From Candidatus Aminicenantes bacterium (GTDB lineage Bacteria; Acidobacteriota; Aminicenantia; Aminicenantales; JAFGAV01), in assembly GCA_016933515.1 (NCBI GenBank), contig JAFGAV010000113.1, positions 19,023 to 83,022 on the forward strand: 64,000 bases of DNA, read 5' to 3'. Made by a program: the position numbers and the translations under genes. The notes under the pieces were generated by a model. The model worked only from the letters and a program-made list of their open reading frames with translations, was not told where the DNA came from and searched no databases. Position 1 is the stretch's first letter; every line of letters begins with the position of its first letter. Positions 60,011-64,000 of this stretch are shown in pieces.

Positions 60011-60472
60011 TCAGGCCGGAGGGCGTTGCCGCCGCCGGGCGAGAACTTCGTCCAGGGAGAGGCGGTCTCGGAAGCCGAGCAGAATCATCACCGACATTCC
60101 GAGGAGAACAAAATCCTGAATGAGAAGGAGGGCGTCGGCCTTGCCGCTGAAACTTCCGAAGCAGCCGCATGAGACGTCCAGGCCGCTGATGATCGTGGCC
60201 GCCACGAGAACGATGAATCCCGTCAGAAAAAGGGAGGCGGACAACGCGGCCGGTCTGCGGAACAGGCCCAGAATGAGGAGAACTCCGCAGGCCGTTTCGA
60301 CATACGGCAGGGCCAGAGCCAGGAAAAAAGCCGCCGGACGCGGGAACACACGGTAGGCCTCGATGCTCCGGGCGAAGGCCATAGGGTCGAGCACTTTGAT
60401 CACTCCCGCCCAGAGGAACACCCCGCCGACGACGATCCGGAACAGCGGGATGAACCGGCTGATAAAATTCAT
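60011..60472 (-). CDS. DoxX/MauE family membrane protein
   Basis: Four TM helices with 'RIVVGGVFLWAGVIKVLDP', the DoxX start. The ATG overlaps the rhodanese stop (ATGA). Confidence 0.7.
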   Translation of the reverse strand: MNFISRFIPLFRIVVGGVFLWAGVIKVLDPMAFARSIEAYRVFPRPAAFFLALALPYVETACGVLLILGLFRRPAALSASLFLTGFIVLVAATIISGLDVSCGCFGSFSGKADALLLIQDFVLLGMSVMILLGFRDRLSLDEVLARRRQRPPA

Positions 60473-60969
60473 CGTCCCCACTCCACGGGAAGCCCGGCCG
60501 CGTTCCATTCGGCCCAGCCCCCGACATAGACCCTGAGGTTCCGCCAGCCCAACCGGGATATGCGGCGGGCCAGGATCAGGCTGTCCTGGCAGAGATCGCC
60601 CGAGCAATAAACGACGACATCCGCCTCCTGGGAAACGGCCAGGCTCTCCCAGATCATGTCCGACCCGGGGTCGTAGAGGGGAACGTTCTTCGCCCCGGCG
60701 ATGTGGCCGGCCTCGTATTCTTCCGGAGTGCGGGCGTCGATGAACACGGCCCGGCCGACGGCGAACAAATCCGCGGCTTCGGGCAGGGTGATGAGGGGAG
60801 GATCCTCGGAGGCCGCCGCTTCGGCGAAAACCAGCCGGTATTCCCCCCGGAAATACTTCACGACATGGCCGACATTGACCGCCAGGCCGACGGCCGCAGA
60901 GACGCAGGTTAGGAGAACGGCCCGGAGAATGATCCTTCTCCAGGATCCTTTTGCGTCGTTTCCGGTCAT
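60469..60969 (-). CDS. rhodanese-domain sulfurtransferase (membrane-anchored)
   Basis: Has an N-terminal TM helix and the active-site 'VVYCSGDLCQDS'. Confidence 0.75.
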   Translation of the reverse strand: MTGNDAKGSWRRIILRAVLLTCVSAAVGLAVNVGHVVKYFRGEYRLVFAEAAASEDPPLITLPEAADLFAVGRAVFIDARTPEEYEAGHIAGAKNVPLYDPGSDMIWESLAVSQEADVVVYCSGDLCQDSLILARRISRLGWRNLRVYVGGWAEWNAAGLPVEWGR

Positions 60970-61112
60970 AAAAGGCCTCGCTTCATTTTTCTTACAATCG
61001 CACCCGCCGGCTCCTTCGAAACTTTGCGCCTTTCGGCCAAAAAGGAGGGACCCGCCCGGCCACGCCGACTTTCATTGTCCCCGACAAGGCAAGAAGGTCT
61101 GTCCGTCGCCCG

Positions 61113-62309
61113 TCAGGGAAAAAGCTTTCGGTATTTTTCCAGGCCGGCCCGGAGGACGCGCACGGCCTCGCGCAGGTCCTTCTCGTTGAGGACGTAGGCC
61201 ATCCGGACCTCATCGAGCCCCCGGCCGGGCGTGGAATAAAATCCCGGCCCGGGAGCGACCATGACCGTCTGCCCGTCGAGCTCGAACTCGGTCAGCATCC
61301 AGGCGACGAAATGATCGGCGTCCTTGATGGGCAGCCGGACGACCATATAGAACGCGCCCTGGGGTTTGAGCACCAGGGTCCCGGGGATGGAGGAGACGCC
61401 CTCGAACAGGACGTTCCGGCGCCTCTCGTACTCCTCGCGGATGGGCTTGAAGAAATCGATGCCCATGCGGTAGGCGGCCAGCGCCGCCTTTTGTTCGATC
61501 GACGGCGGACAGAGCCGGGCCTGCGCGAAACGCAGGGCGGCTTCGAGCACCCGCTCGTTGCGGGTGACGAACGCGCCGATGCGCGCCCCGCAGGAGGAGA
61601 ATCTCTTGGAGACCGAGTCGGTGACGATGACATTGTCTTCCAGCCCGGAAAGCTCGAGGATGCTTTTGTGGACGAGGCCTTCGTAGGTGAATTCTTTGTA
61701 CACTTCGTCGCCGATCAGAAAGAGATTGTGTTTCTTGACCAACGCTCCGACCCGATCGAGCTCCTCGGGCGTATAGACCGTGCCCGTGGGATTGTTGGGC
61801 GAGCACAGCACGACGGCCCGGGTGCGCGGCGTGATCCGCGCCTCGAATTCCGCGGTCGGCGGCAGGCGGAAACCGTCGTCGGCTTTGAGCGTCAGGGGAA
61901 CGATTTTGATGTCGGCGAGGGAAGCGAACCCGTTGTAGTTGGTGTAGAAAGGCTCGGGGATGATGACTTCGTCGCCCGGATCGGCCACGGCGCAAAAGGC
62001 GAAAAAGACGGCTTCCGATCCGCCGGTGGTGATGATGATGTTGTCCTCGGTCAGGGGGATCTTGTAAGAGCCGAAATAAGCGGCCACGGCCTGCCGGAGC
62101 TCGAGGAATCCCTGGGCCGGCCCGTAACTCAGGATTTCTTGATCGAATTCGTGGACGGCGTCCAGAATGGGCCTCGGCGTGGGAATGTCCGGATCCCCGA
62201 TGTTGATGAACAAAACCCGCAAGCCCCGGGCGACGGCGGCGTCGGCCAGCGGTTTGAATTTGCGGATGGGGGAAGCCTGAATGGTCTTTCCGCGGCGGGA
62301 AATATCCAT
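61113..62309 (-). CDS. pyridoxal-phosphate-dependent aminotransferase (class I, aspartate aminotransferase-like)
   Basis: Has 'SVSKRFSSCGARIG' (the PLP-lysine region) and 'SPNNPTG'. Confidence 0.85.
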   Translation of the reverse strand: MDISRRGKTIQASPIRKFKPLADAAVARGLRVLFINIGDPDIPTPRPILDAVHEFDQEILSYGPAQGFLELRQAVAAYFGSYKIPLTEDNIIITTGGSEAVFFAFCAVADPGDEVIIPEPFYTNYNGFASLADIKIVPLTLKADDGFRLPPTAEFEARITPRTRAVVLCSPNNPTGTVYTPEELDRVGALVKKHNLFLIGDEVYKEFTYEGLVHKSILELSGLEDNVIVTDSVSKRFSSCGARIGAFVTRNERVLEAALRFAQARLCPPSIEQKAALAAYRMGIDFFKPIREEYERRRNVLFEGVSSIPGTLVLKPQGAFYMVVRLPIKDADHFVAWMLTEFELDGQTVMVAPGPGFYSTPGRGLDEVRMAYVLNEKDLREAVRVLRAGLEKYRKLFP

Positions 62310-62442
62310 GGATGAGTCCTCCGAAACCGACGAAGAATTGCAACCGGTTTATTTTAGCATAAATCTCAGCCCTCCTGAAGCCGTCGTCTTGCGCCTTGGG
62401 CCGGATTCTGCTATGTATTCAGGCGGAACGGGACTTCTCCAA

Positions 62443-63252
62443 ATGCGCCTCGACCCGACCGCCAAGATAACGAACAAAGAACGCTGGGGCGGCTACCATC
62501 TTCTCATCCTGGAATCGCCCGACATCGCCCGGGAAGCGGTGCCGGGGCAATTTCTCATGATCAGGGTCGCTTACGGCTCCCGGCCCTTGCTGCGGCGGCC
62601 GTTCGGCGTTCACAGCCGCAGCGACGGTTCGCTCGGCATATTCTTCAAAATCGAAGGCGAGGGCACGAATCTCCTGGCCGGGAAAAACCCAGGAGAGACG
62701 CTGGACCTCATCGGCCCCCTGGGAAAGGGATTCAACCTCGGTCTCGGCGAAGAAGGCGAAGCGCATTCGGGAGCGCCGGCGCTGGTCGTGGGCGGGGGAC
62801 GGGGCATCGCCCCCCTCGCATTCCTTGCGGCCGAGATGAGGAAAAACGGCCGGACGGTCAAGATCCTTTACGGAGGTCGGAGCCGGACCGACATCCCCCT
62901 CAAAGACAGGTTGAAAGCCGAGGGCGGGGACTTGGTCTGCGCGACGGACGACGGATCGTTCGGATTTTCCGGGCTCGTGACCGATCTCCTCGACAAGGAA
63001 ATCCAAAAGTCGCCCGCCTCGGCCGTCTACGCCTGCGGCCCCGAGCCCATGCTCGAGACCGTAAACCGCATCGCCGCGGCGGCCGGCCTGCCGTGCGAGC
63101 TTTCGCTCGAAGCCCGGATGGGCTGCGGATTCGGCGCCTGCTGGGGATGCGTCCGCCGCATCCGGAAGAACGGAGCCGAGAGCTGGGTCAAAATATGCGA
63201 GGACGGCCCCGTCTTCTCGGGCGGCGACGTCGTCTGGACGGTGAAGGGATGA
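62443..63252 (+). CDS. pyrK: dihydroorotate dehydrogenase electron-transfer subunit
   Basis: Has an FAD/NAD ferredoxin-reductase fold and a C-terminal 2Fe-2S 'CGFGACWGCV'. The start at 62443 was chosen by family N-terminus; the ORF is open from 62281. Confidence 0.7.
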   Translation: MRLDPTAKITNKERWGGYHLLILESPDIAREAVPGQFLMIRVAYGSRPLLRRPFGVHSRSDGSLGIFFKIEGEGTNLLAGKNPGETLDLIGPLGKGFNLGLGEEGEAHSGAPALVVGGGRGIAPLAFLAAEMRKNGRTVKILYGGRSRTDIPLKDRLKAEGGDLVCATDDGSFGFSGLVTDLLDKEIQKSPASAVYACGPEPMLETVNRIAAAAGLPCELSLEARMGCGFGACWGCVRRIRKNGAESWVKICEDGPVFSGGDVVWTVKG

Positions 63253-64000
63253 CCGTCCGCTCGGCCGTCGATCTCTCCGTCGACCTGGGATTCCTGCGCC
63301 TCAAGAATCCCGTCCTGGCCGCTTCGGGCACATTCGGCTACGGCCCGGAATTCGAGCCGTTCCTCGATCCCGGCCGTCTGGGCGGATTCGTGGTCAAAGG
63401 CCTGCATTTCGATCCCCGGCCCGGCAATCCCCCTCCCCGACTGGCGGAAACCCCTTCGGGCCTCATCAACGCCGTCGGACTCCAGGGCGTCGGCGTCGCC
63501 TCTTTCTGCGAAAAAACCCTCCCCCGCCTGCGCGGCTATAAGACGGCGGTCATCGTCAATGTCTGCGGCGCGGATACGGAGGAGTATGTCCGCGTCGTCG
63601 AATATCTGGACGGGCACGAGGGCATCGCCGCCTACGAGCTCAACATCTCCTGCCCCAACGTCAAGGCCGGCGGCGCCTGCCCGGCTCAGAGCCCCGCCGC
63701 GACCCGCAAGGTCGTCGCCGCAGTCAAGAAGCGCTCGCGCCGGCCGGTCATCACCAAGCTCTCGCCCAACGTCACCGACGTGGCGGCCGTCGCCGCCGCA
63801 GCCGAGGAGGCCGGCACGGATGCGGTGTCCCTGGTCAACACGTTCCTGGCCATGGCCGTCGACGTCGAAACGCGCCGGCCGAAAGTGGCCAACGTCTACG
63901 GCGGGCTGAGCGGCCCGGCCATCCGCCCCATCGCCCTGCGGATGGTCCATCAGACCGCCTCGCGGGTCCGGATCCCCGTCATCGGGCTGGGAGGTATCGC
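63249..64000 (+). CDS. pyrD: dihydroorotate dehydrogenase catalytic subunit (class 1B), 3'-partial
   Basis: ATG at 63249 overlaps the pyrK stop. Has 'LKNPVLAASGTFGYG', 'NISCPNV' and 'VKLSPN' motifs. It runs off the window end. Confidence 0.85.
   Translation, partial: MTVRSAVDLSVDLGFLRLKNPVLAASGTFGYGPEFEPFLDPGRLGGFVVKGLHFDPRPGNPPPRLAETPSGLINAVGLQGVGVASFCEKTLPRLRGYKTAVIVNVCGADTEEYVRVVEYLDGHEGIAAYELNISCPNVKAGGACPAQSPAATRKVVAAVKKRSRRPVITKLSPNVTDVAAVAAAAEEAGTDAVSLVNTFLAMAVDVETRRPKVANVYGGLSGPAIRPIALRMVHQTASRVRIPVIGLGGI

Noticed and set aside
62281-62442. Upstream 54 codons of the pyrK ORF (MVFPRREISMDESSETDEELQ...)
   Set aside because: The region overlaps the 5' end of the divergent aminotransferase gene region and lacks PyrK homology. 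Start candidates at 62413 and 62443 fit the family N-terminus better; 62443 was chosen with low certainty.

Overview
This is a GC-rich (~65%) bacterial chromosomal segment, densely coded, with no rRNA or tRNA genes and no CRISPR array. Most of it is core housekeeping. There is a NuoF-GltD fusion, a NuoG-like ferredoxin and a GltB-FMN protein that look like a split glutamate-synthase-like module. Other housekeeping genes are trpS, scpAB, ispH-rpsA-HU, acyl-CoA dehydrogenase, ppiD-like, and ffh-rpsP-KH-rimM-trmD-rplS-rnhB. Further along are pfkA, accBC, miaA-hflX, pgsA, and pyrK-pyrD at the 3' edge. Accessory content is concentrated in four places. (1) A two-gene operon at 25.2-27.7 kb encodes a secreted pentaheme c-type cytochrome and a Cyc2-like fused monoheme-cytochrome/outer-membrane beta-barrel, a candidate extracellular electron-transfer or iron-oxidation conduit; it sits behind a strong sigma70-like promoter. 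(2) A previously unnamed family of ~80-bp imperfect-palindromic intergenic repeats is present in at least five copies (17.06, 24.8, 32.7, 53.2, 55.6 kb). One copy carries a nested ~194-bp insertion with 25-bp terminal inverted repeats, and two near-identical inverted copies bracket an M20-peptidase/HDAC gene pair. (3) A minus-strand glycan/EPS locus at 46.2-53.2 kb has a WbaP-like priming transferase, three GT4 enzymes and a GT2-GT4 fusion. (4) There is an HlyD-adaptor/ABC-ATPase pair with no permease, a sensor-less sigma54 activator next to unknown secreted and zinc-ribbon proteins, and a Tat-exported Fe-S aldo-keto reductase beside a proline dehydrogenase. All calls rest on reading the ORF translations and the DNA by eye. 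No database searches were run, and hand-derived coordinates for repeats, promoters and terminators may be off by 1-2 nt.
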